Made by a program: the position numbers and the translations under genes | Assembly: GCA_000434775.1 (NCBI GenBank) | Contig: FR895492.1 | Location: 129,520 to 175,625, forward strand | Length of the DNA: 46,106 bases | Origin: Eggerthella sp. CAG:368 | GTDB lineage: Bacteria; Actinomycetota; Coriobacteriia; Coriobacteriales; Eggerthellaceae | Direction: 5' to 3' | The notes under the pieces: model-generated | What the model was told of the DNA's origin: nothing | Seen by the model: only the letters and a program-made list of their open reading frames with translations | The model's database searches: none | In this document: positions 1-7,710 of the stretch, one piece after another | Layout of the letters: the number at the start of each line of letters is the position of its first letter | Numbering within the stretch: position 1 is the first letter of the stretch

Positions 1-358
1 AAATAACAGTCATTGGAGCAGTGACGCCCTCTCCAAACGAATAGAAGGAACCTTGGAAATCGATTAAATTGCCTTCGATGTTTACGCCGAACAAATCGTG
101 CGCTTCATTTTCATATACGAAACATGCAATAAAAAGACTCGTTACCGAAGGAATAACCGTTTCGCCTTTGATGACGTTTTCAATCTTTAGGTTAATTACT
201 TCATTTTCCTTAACGAAAGAATAAAACATCGTGATGGTATCATCCTGCTTAAGAACAGGATGAATCTGAGCTAAGCGATAGCCCTTATCCTTATAATCCT
301 TGCAAGTATCAATCAAGGCATCTACGGTAATGGGCTGAAACGTTTGAATAAATTCCAT
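1..358 (-). CDS. NuoC/EchD-like hydrogenase subunit; only the 5' part is in the window (runs off the left edge)
   Basis: My own minus-strand translation from ATG 358-356 gives MEFIQTFQPITVDALIDTCKDYKDKGYRLAQIH...FVYENEAHDLFGVNIEGN... and stays open to position 2. The YENEAHDLFGV block matches the NuoC (30-kDa subunit) signature. The ATG lies 1 nt after the stop of the NuoB-like gene. It is absent from the ORF track because there is no stop in the window. Confidence 0.6.
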   Translation of the reverse strand, partial: MEFIQTFQPITVDALIDTCKDYKDKGYRLAQIHPVLKQDDTITMFYSFVKENEVINLKIENVIKGETVIPSVTSLFIACFVYENEAHDLFGVNIEGNLIDFQGSFYSFGEGVTAPMTVI

Positions 359-359
359 G

Positions 360-803
360 TTAAGCCCCCCTCTTACCAGACTTAAGCTTATTGGCTTTTT
401 CTTCTAGAATAGCCAAACCTTCAACAACAGCATCAATAATAGCCTCTGGCCTAACAGCACATCCGGGTGCATAGACATCAACAGGAATTGCTTTGTCAAC
501 ACCACCTATAATGTTGTAACAATCCTTAAAAATGCCTGCGGTGCAAGCGCAAACCCCACACGCAATTACAACCTTTGGTTCAACCATTTGATCGTAAATT
601 TCTTTCACGACAGAAATATTGCGCTCATTGATTCCGCCCGTTACCAAGAAAATATCAGCATGTTTGGGATTACCAGTATTGATAATACCAAAGCGTTCAA
701 CGTCATAAAGAGGCGTCAGCGCGGCAAGAACTTCAATATCGCAGCCATTGCAGCTTGATCCATCGTAGTGAATAATCCAAGGAGATTTTGAAACATGAGA
801 CAT
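360..803 (-). CDS. [NiFe] hydrogenase small subunit, NuoB/HycG/EchC-like
   Basis: 147 aa. Cys ligands are arranged as in NuoB-type proximal [4Fe-4S] subunits (SSCNGCD, ACGVCAC, APGC). SD AAGGAGG lies 4 nt upstream of ATG 803. Confidence 0.85.
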   Translation of the reverse strand: MSHVSKSPWIIHYDGSSCNGCDIEVLAALTPLYDVERFGIINTGNPKHADIFLVTGGINERNISVVKEIYDQMVEPKVVIACGVCACTAGIFKDCYNIIGGVDKAIPVDVYAPGCAVRPEAIIDAVVEGLAILEEKANKLKSGKRGA

Positions 804-812
804 GGTTCCTCC

Positions 813-1694
813 TTACAGGTAAGCAAGCACGGCAATATTGATACCGCCGGCAATTAAAGTAACAATCCATGCAGACTTGAGAAGAGCCTGCCATTTTACA
901 CGAGCGAAGTTATTATCAATCCAAATCTCAAGAAAATAGACCAGAGCTAAAGCAATGATAACAACAGGAATACAAATAGGACTCGCCCAAACGAAGAACA
1001 GAGCAATCCAGGCAAGGAACAGAATGTTCTCACACCAGTGCATAATCTCAACCCATGCAAGAACCTTACCTGACATTTCTGTTGTTACACCCTTAACTAA
1101 TTCCTGGTGTGCATGATGTGAATAGGAAAGGTCAAAAGGAGACTTGCGGAGCTTGATGGTGAGAATGAAGAGCATACCAATAAACACACCAATCAATGGA
1201 CCAATGATTGGCTGCTCAACAAACAAAACAGTAGAGACATCAAAGCTTCCTGTCGCCATAAAGAAACCGATGCCGAGAAGAAGAACCATGGGTTCGTAAG
1301 CCATCACCTGAAGCGTTTCGCGATGTGCACCAATTTCAGCATATGACGAACGCGCAGCATAGGCAGCGACAATAAACATAAGCTCAGCAAGCGTGATAAC
1401 AAAAATACAGAGAAGAAGATTTCCGCCCGAGAAGAAAATACCTCCCGCAACGAATGTAAAGATAAGCGCAGTTGCAACAAACGTGCCAATCGCCGCGTTA
1501 ACTCCTACGTATTCCTTCTTTAAAAGCTTGCGAACATCATAGTAGGGCTGAAGTAAAGGAGGTCCAACACGACCTTGCATGCGCGCAGTAACTTTCCTAT
1601 CAAGACCAGCAAGAAGGCAGCCTAAAACTGATGCCACAATAGCGAATGCGATTGAAGCAAATAAAGTAATTAAGATAGTGTAAATCGTATTCAT
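813..1694 (-). CDS. Hydrogenase membrane subunit, NuoH/HycD/EchB-like
   Basis: 293 aa polytopic membrane protein with NuoH-like blocks (RKVTARMQGRVGPP, YDVRKLLKKE). SD AAGGAGG lies 5 nt upstream of ATG 1694. Confidence 0.85.
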   Translation of the reverse strand: MNTIYTILITLFASIAFAIVASVLGCLLAGLDRKVTARMQGRVGPPLLQPYYDVRKLLKKEYVGVNAAIGTFVATALIFTFVAGGIFFSGGNLLLCIFVITLAELMFIVAAYAARSSYAEIGAHRETLQVMAYEPMVLLLGIGFFMATGSFDVSTVLFVEQPIIGPLIGVFIGMLFILTIKLRKSPFDLSYSHHAHQELVKGVTTEMSGKVLAWVEIMHWCENILFLAWIALFFVWASPICIPVVIIALALVYFLEIWIDNNFARVKWQALLKSAWIVTLIAGGINIAVLAYL

Positions 1695-1710
1695 TGACGC
1701 CTCCTTTCAA

Positions 1711-3666
1711 CTAAAACATCATAATGACGCCGGTTGCAGCTAAAATAGCCCACAAGAATCCAACGACAATCAAAATCCAGCAAGCTAACGTACCAACGGG
1801 ATCGAGGCGTTTCTCGCCAAAATATCCATCGAGATACCAGTTACGCGAAGTGGCCTCTTGGGGCTGTGAGAGCGAATTGATAAAGGTACGATCTTTATCG
1901 TCCCTAAAGGTAACGCCAGCCATATAGGGCTCAACGCGACGCATGTTTGGCGACTTCTTTCGAAGTGCACCGAGGAAAAGTACAACCAAGCAAACAACCA
2001 TAATGGCAGATAAGAACAGATCATCATCCAAAATAGGCTGAATGCTAATACCTAAAACAGAACCAACATAGGGCTCAACCATATAGTTAGAGATAACAGG
2101 AATAAGTACGCAGGCTAAAACAGCCATTACCGCCATTAAGCCTGTGGCGAACCATTCACTTCGATGAACCGTATGCTCGATGTTGTCGGGTGAACCTGCA
2201 ATACCTACCAATTTACCGAGCCACTTTGCCCAGAACATAAAGGTTGCAGCCGAACCAAAAGCGAGCATGAGTAAGAGAGCAAACTGTCGCGTATCCACAA
2301 AGGAGATAAGCGTTGCCCATTTAGCAATCAACATACCAAATGGCGCGACGAACATAATCATGATCGCCACCATCATCATACGAGCTAAACGAGGCATCTT
2401 CATGAAGAGAAGATCCATGTCTTCAATGTCACGAGAAGCGATATGATGCTCTGCTGTTCCTACGCATAAGAAGAGTAAGCTCTTTGCAACAGCGTGGAAA
2501 ATCACCAAAAAGATTGCTGCCCAAATTGCTTCTGCCGTACCAACACCCGCACAAGCCGTAATAAGACCAAGGTTAGCAATGGTTGAATAAGCAAGAACAC
2601 GCTTGCCGTTTGATTGAGAAATTGCCAACATCGAACAAAGCAAGAAGGTAAGACCACCGATAAGAATGACCATAATCGAAGGAGCGAAAGAAACAGCATA
2701 AATTGGCGCACACTTAATAAGCAAGAATACACCTGCTTTAACCATGGTAGAGGAATGGAGCAACGCACTCGTTGGTGTTGGGGCAACCATAGCGCCAAGC
2801 AACCAGGTATGGAAGGGCATCTGAGCAGCCTTGGTAATACCTGCCAAACTCAAGCACATGAGCGGGAAAACCACCAGTGCAGGAGCAACGGTACCAAACA
2901 CAATAAAGTCCATGAAGTCGATACAATTAAATTCAATAACCAAGAAGAACAGTGCCGCAAGAAAAGCGATACCGCCAAGCAGGTTCATGATGATCTGACG
3001 AAATGAATTTCTGATTGCCTCTTCGGTTTTCGTAAACCCAATAAGCAAGAAGGAACAAACGGTTGTAACCTCCCATGCAGTAAAGAGCCAAATGAGGTTA
3101 TTAAAGAAGACAATCGCAAACATTGCTCCCAGAAATAAAAACATCAAAGCAAAAAATGTTGGGCGACGATCCTTCTGGTGAGGCAAGCCGTCAGGTGTGT
3201 GAGTTAAACCAAAATAAAAGTCATGCATGTACCCAATTGAGTATACGCAGATACCTGAACCCACAATACCAATAATCAAAACCATGATGAGCGAAAGAGA
3301 GTCAAGATAGAGCGCCCGTAAACAGGTAGCGTCATGCGCAAATCCAAACTCAAAAACCAAGGTTCCAGCAAGCTGGATAATGGCCAGAATAAGCGCCAAT
3401 GGGTTTTTGTACTTAACGGCATAACAGATAATCGTGATGCCGATGAGCACACTGACGCCTAAGCAGACATAATCAACGATATCGGATTGGAAATAAAAGT
3501 ATTGACCTGATGTTCCAAGATTCATTGCAACAATGGCAATAGATCCAATACCAATTATGGCAGCTGAGACACACACGATAATATTACGTGCAGTATTCTG
3601 CCTAATTACCAACAGCAGCCCAGCTACGATAATCGGAAATAGAACAAGAAATCCAATCATCTCCAT
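1711..3666 (-). CDS. Hydrogenase antiporter-like membrane subunit, NuoL/HyfB/EchA-like
   Basis: The ORF is 1711..3729. I prefer ATG 3666 (MEMIGFLVLF...) because AAGGGGGA lies 7 nt upstream. It is a multi-TM Mrp/NuoL-type proton-conducting protein (WEVTTVCSFLLIG, HSSTMVKAGVFLL). The order L-like, H-like, B-like, C-like matches echABCD. Confidence 0.8.
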   Translation of the reverse strand: MEMIGFLVLFPIIVAGLLLVIRQNTARNIIVCVSAAIIGIGSIAIVAMNLGTSGQYFYFQSDIVDYVCLGVSVLIGITIICYAVKYKNPLALILAIIQLAGTLVFEFGFAHDATCLRALYLDSLSLIMVLIIGIVGSGICVYSIGYMHDFYFGLTHTPDGLPHQKDRRPTFFALMFLFLGAMFAIVFFNNLIWLFTAWEVTTVCSFLLIGFTKTEEAIRNSFRQIIMNLLGGIAFLAALFFLVIEFNCIDFMDFIVFGTVAPALVVFPLMCLSLAGITKAAQMPFHTWLLGAMVAPTPTSALLHSSTMVKAGVFLLIKCAPIYAVSFAPSIMVILIGGLTFLLCSMLAISQSNGKRVLAYSTIANLGLITACAGVGTAEAIWAAIFLVIFHAVAKSLLFLCVGTAEHHIASRDIEDMDLLFMKMPRLARMMMVAIMIMFVAPFGMLIAKWATLISFVDTRQFALLLMLAFGSAATFMFWAKWLGKLVGIAGSPDNIEHTVHRSEWFATGLMAVMAVLACVLIPVISNYMVEPYVGSVLGISIQPILDDDLFLSAIMVVCLVVLFLGALRKKSPNMRRVEPYMAGVTFRDDKDRTFINSLSQPQEATSRNWYLDGYFGEKRLDPVGTLACWILIVVGFLWAILAATGVIMMF

Positions 3667-3855
3667 AGGTGTTCCCCCTTTTTCAGGAGCCAATAACAAA
3701 AATGCGACAGGTTTTTGCCGCTGTTTCACTTTAAAGCTTTATACGTTTCTGTGGCTTTTCGCGTCGCTTTGACCTGTCATTTGGTCGGTAAGTGGAGAAT
3801 CTATGATCGCAGAGGAGAGTCGTAAGAAAAAACAAAGTAGGGTTAAAGGCTTTTC

Positions 3856-3900
3856 TGAAAAAGAAAGGCGAGTTGGAAAACATTTGTTCTCTAACTCGCC
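3856..3900 (-). terminator. Intrinsic terminator downstream of tRNA-Pro
   Basis: 8-bp stem GGCGAGTT (3867-3874) / AACTCGCC (3893-3900). On the minus strand it is followed by TTTCTTTTT. Confidence 0.5.
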
Positions 3901-3908
3901 AGAAAAGC

Positions 3909-3985
<77 letters not shown>

Positions 3986-4045
3986 TTTACTGCTTAATGC
4001 AGCTTGAACATCATACTCATAAAGAAGAACTATTTCAAGGAATCC

Positions 4046-5266
4046 TTAGAAGAAAAGCTCAAGAGTTTTATCGAGTACTCGGTGAGCTAATACCTCTTTT
4101 TCCATAGGATCAACGTGCTCAACGTCTTCATTGGTTACAAACCAAATTTCATTTTCATCTTTCCCAAAGGCTTTATCAGGACCAACCTCATTAGCAACAA
4201 TCATATCAGCGGCTTTATTACGGAGCTTTTTGCGCGCATTTTCGATAATGTCATTGGTTTCTGCCGCAAAACCGACCACAATCTGGTCAACCTTGGCATG
4301 TGCAAGTGTTGATAAGATATCAGGATTTTCCGTCAGCGCAATGTTGGCAAGCTCTGAGTCATTAATGCCCTTTTTGAGCTTCTTGTTAGCTTCAGATGCA
4401 GGACGAACATCGGCAACTGCTGCAGCAAAAATACCAATATCACAAGCACTAAAAGCTTTGTCGGCGGCTGAGAGCATTTCGTTGGCCGTTTCAACATGAA
4501 CCATCTTTACGCCTTCAGGTTGAGGAAGGGCAACGGGTCCAGAAATAAGCGTTACATCTGCACCACGTTCAGCCGCAGCTTTAGCAATGGCATATCCAAA
4601 TTTCCCAGAGGAGCGATTGGAGAGATAACGAACAGGATCTATCGGCTCTACTGTTGGACCAGCCGTAATCATAATGCGTGTACCTTTAAGATCTTGCTTG
4701 AATTCAAGTTGTGCGTCTTCAGCGTCAAGCATTTTTACGACCTCTTCTGCGATAACAGAGGGATCAGCTAATCTTCCTTTCCCTTCTTCCCCACAAGCAA
4801 GATAGCCAGAATCCGCCTCAACAAAACTTATCCCCCGTCCACGAAGAATATCCATATTATGCTGAGTGGCGGCATTTTCGTACATGTGAACATTCATGGC
4901 GGGAGCAATAACCACTGGAGCCGTAGTGGCAAGGGCGGTAGTAGTAAGTAAGTCATCAGCTAAACCATAGGTAACTTTTGCCATAACATTTGCTGTGCAA
5001 GGCGCAATAAGAAACAAATCAGCTTCTTGAGCAAGAGAAATATGGTGAATTGGATCAGACGGATCATCAAACAATCCAATCGCAACGGGCTCATGTGTTA
5101 ATGCTCTAAACGTAAGAGGGTCTATAAAATGGGTAGCATGCTCGGTCATTACAACCTTTACACGAATCCCCTCTTTTTGAAGACATCTTACGATTTCGCA
5201 ACTTTTATAGGCGGCGATACAGCCGGTTACTCCAATAAGAACCGTTTTTTGTGTATGAGAAGTCAT
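4046..5266 (-). CDS. coaBC: Bifunctional phosphopantothenoylcysteine decarboxylase / phosphopantothenate-cysteine ligase
   Basis: 406 aa. N-terminal flavoprotein domain (VLIGVTGCIAAYKSCEIVR, PAMNVHMYEN) plus a C-terminal CoaB domain (ITAGPTVEPIDPVRYLSNRSSGKFG, AAAVADVRP). Confidence 0.92.
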   Translation of the reverse strand: MTSHTQKTVLIGVTGCIAAYKSCEIVRCLQKEGIRVKVVMTEHATHFIDPLTFRALTHEPVAIGLFDDPSDPIHHISLAQEADLFLIAPCTANVMAKVTYGLADDLLTTTALATTAPVVIAPAMNVHMYENAATQHNMDILRGRGISFVEADSGYLACGEEGKGRLADPSVIAEEVVKMLDAEDAQLEFKQDLKGTRIMITAGPTVEPIDPVRYLSNRSSGKFGYAIAKAAAERGADVTLISGPVALPQPEGVKMVHVETANEMLSAADKAFSACDIGIFAAAVADVRPASEANKKLKKGINDSELANIALTENPDILSTLAHAKVDQIVVGFAAETNDIIENARKKLRNKAADMIVANEVGPDKAFGKDENEIWFVTNEDVEHVDPMEKEVLAHRVLDKTLELFF

Positions 5267-5381
5267 TTTTTCCCCTTAAACGTAATGATTCATTCATTTT
5301 AGAGCATATATTTCACTTCTGATATAGTAGGTTAGGCATGTTTCAATGAAGCATTAAAAGAAATCAGGGATACTTTATTTC

Positions 5382-6122
5382 ATGAAAGACGTACTGTCCA
5401 ACACAATAATTATGGAAACGAAGCTCATAAAGAGCTTTATGGCGCAATTGGCACCACGCTATCTTCCTGTTGATTTCTTTCTTCTTTTTTGGCTCTTTAT
5501 TATTGGCTCAGTTATGGGACTTCTCATTGAGGATGTTTTTCATCTGGTCGTATATGGTGAGTGGGAAAGCCGTGCTGGACTTGTTTGGGGTCCGTTTTCT
5601 CCTATTTATGGAGTAGGAGCAGTAGTTCTAACCCTCTTTTTGAACCGTTTTTACTACACCCATAATCTTATTATTTTTCTGATTGCTATGGTATTAGGCT
5701 CAGTTCTTGAGTATTCGGCAAGCTGGATGATGGAAACGTTCTGGCACGCTATAGCATGGGATTACACAGGTACTTTTGGCTCTATCAATGGACGTACAAA
5801 CTTTATGTTTGGTGTTATGTGGGGAACGCTTGGCTTATTCTGGGTACGAATAATTCTTCCTCTCATTAAAAAAGCGGAAAACTTCGTTAATCAAGAGAGT
5901 ACTGGTTATAAAGTCACAAGCGCTATTTTGATAATCTTTATGACTTTTAATATTGTTTTTACTGTACTCGCGCTCCATCGTGAAGGACAACGCGTAGAAA
6001 ATATCCCTCCGGCAAACCAAATCGATGTACTGCTTGATGAGTGGTTTCCCGATGAATGGTGTCAGGAGCGTTTTCATAACATGACGGTATCGTCTGACGT
6101 AGGAAAAGAATCTAACACGTAG
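5382..6122 (+). CDS. Polytopic membrane protein; resembles the putative ABC-transporter type IV / CmpB family
   Basis: 246 aa with about 6 hydrophobic segments and a LEYSASWMMETFWHAIAWDYTG block recalled from that family. The start is uncertain because the SD at 5382 is weak. Confidence 0.55.
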   Translation: MKDVLSNTIIMETKLIKSFMAQLAPRYLPVDFFLLFWLFIIGSVMGLLIEDVFHLVVYGEWESRAGLVWGPFSPIYGVGAVVLTLFLNRFYYTHNLIIFLIAMVLGSVLEYSASWMMETFWHAIAWDYTGTFGSINGRTNFMFGVMWGTLGLFWVRIILPLIKKAENFVNQESTGYKVTSAILIIFMTFNIVFTVLALHREGQRVENIPPANQIDVLLDEWFPDEWCQERFHNMTVSSDVGKESNT

Positions 6123-7179
6123 AAAACGACGAAGTGTCGTTCAAACGATCGAAAGCATCCAAGGTATTGATATTTTCACCCGTATAGAGCGAATATACTT
6201 CTCTTCCTGCATCAGTTAACCCCATAGATCTCCCCTGAAGCTTGTGAAGCACCTCCTGTAAATCAGAAGGAACCTGAGCAACGAACTGAAGGGTTTCAAG
6301 TGTCCTTGGATGCTCAAACTCAATAAAGTAGGAGTGTAAAAACTGACGCGTTAAACCTAGATTGTCACTCTTTCCGGGAGTACCATAGGTTTGATCGCCT
6401 ACACACCAGTGTTTAATGTATTCCATATGAACGCGAATTTGATGCGTTCTCCCTGAATACAACTTGCATTCTATAAGCGAAAAGCCATTATCTTTTTGTC
6501 CTGCTTCAAAGCGTTCAAGTACTTTAAACGTTGTAACCGAAGAACGTGCCTGTGGTTTATCGGAAACCTGCATTCTTAAGCGATTCTTATCACTCCTGAA
6601 AATAGGCGCATCAATTAAACCTGTTTCGCTCGCAATGTTGCCGTGAACTAAACAGAGATACTTGCGGTTAACATTGCGAGAACGAATTTCATCCTGTAGC
6701 TCGTAACCAACTTCATCGTTTTTTGCACACAGCATAAGACCACTGGTATCGCCATCGAGTCTATGCACGATACCAGGGCGATCGTCGCCTTGAATATGTG
6801 CGAGATTTTCACGCCCATATCGGTAAATAAGAGCATTTGATAACGTACCTCCAGGATGTCCTGGAGAAGGGTGACAAATTAGTCCTGCCTGCTTATTAAG
6901 GACAAGAAGATCGTCATCCTCAAAAACAACGTCTAAAGGAATGTTTTCAGGTTCAAGAAAGACACGCTGCTCTTCTGCATATTCCTCATAAACAATAAAG
7001 TCGTTAGCAACAACGATGGTTTTTTTGGTTGGCTCATTACCATTCACAAACACTTTACCCGATTCGATCTGCTTAACAGCTTTACTCCGTGAAGGATACA
7101 AACCAGATTCAAAAAGAAATGAATCGAGCCGCATATCGGCATAATTTTCACTAACAGTTACAGATAATGTACGAGCCAT
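6112..7179 (-). CDS. rluD: RluA-family 23S rRNA pseudouridine synthase (RluD-like) with an S4 domain and a C-terminal extension
   Basis: 355 aa. N-terminal S4-like region, catalytic HRLDGDTSGLML motif and SGRTHQIRVH block. It begins 2 nt downstream of the lspA stop. The last roughly 45 aa lie beyond the usual RluD core. Confidence 0.85.
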   Translation of the reverse strand: MARTLSVTVSENYADMRLDSFLFESGLYPSRSKAVKQIESGKVFVNGNEPTKKTIVVANDFIVYEEYAEEQRVFLEPENIPLDVVFEDDDLLVLNKQAGLICHPSPGHPGGTLSNALIYRYGRENLAHIQGDDRPGIVHRLDGDTSGLMLCAKNDEVGYELQDEIRSRNVNRKYLCLVHGNIASETGLIDAPIFRSDKNRLRMQVSDKPQARSSVTTFKVLERFEAGQKDNGFSLIECKLYSGRTHQIRVHMEYIKHWCVGDQTYGTPGKSDNLGLTRQFLHSYFIEFEHPRTLETLQFVAQVPSDLQEVLHKLQGRSMGLTDAGREVYSLYTGENINTLDAFDRLNDTSSFSTC

Positions 7180-7181
7180 AC

Positions 7182-7697
7182 TTATTCATCCTTAAGGGGT
7201 GGTTTAGCGTTCTTGAGTTGATATAAATACCCAATTGCCGCCAAAACAATTCCGCACGTAACACCAATATCAGCAATATTAAAGGTGGGAAAATTGATAA
7301 ATGTTGGCGTAATAAAGTCAACAACATAACCATACACCAAACGGTCAATACAGTTACCTATACCGCCAGCAACAAGTAAGCCTAGTCCCACCATTTCAGA
7401 GCCATTGGCCATCATGGATTCACGCCAGGCAAACACGCAAACTATCACGCAAACAACAATAGCAATCCCAGCAAGTATAGGAGTAGTGCCAGAAAAAGAG
7501 CCCCAAGCGGCTCCCCTATTGTGGACAAGATCAAACTGAAAAAGGTTCAGAATGTTCTGAACAATAACGTCACCAGTTTTGTAATTTGTATCAATGTAAA
7601 CCTTAGTAATTCTGTCCAAGATAATCCAAAAAAGCACGCACCCCACAAAAAGAGCGAGGTTACGTGCTTTTTTATTATTCATAGACAAATCAGTCAT
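7182..7697 (-). CDS. lspA: Lipoprotein signal peptidase II
   Basis: Motifs NRGAAWG, GNCIDRL and FNIADIGV are present. The ORF extends to 7766 but would overlap ileS, so ATG 7697, 11 nt after the ileS stop codon, is the preferred start (7682 is an alternative). Confidence 0.85.
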   Translation of the reverse strand: MTDLSMNNKKARNLALFVGCVLFWIILDRITKVYIDTNYKTGDVIVQNILNLFQFDLVHNRGAAWGSFSGTTPILAGIAIVVCVIVCVFAWRESMMANGSEMVGLGLLVAGGIGNCIDRLVYGYVVDFITPTFINFPTFNIADIGVTCGIVLAAIGYLYQLKNAKPPLKDE

Positions 7698-7710
7698 AAA
7701 ACCTAGCGTA

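Noticed and set aside
3667-3729. N-terminal extensions proposed by the ORF track (also 10555..10602 ileS, 31440..31511 gap, 23550..23666 TerC, 7698..7766 lspA, 15261..15284 GT2, 15427..15444 pta)
   Set aside because: Internal starts have proper SDs and match the conserved N-termini of the families. The extensions overlap neighbouring genes or the riboswitch.
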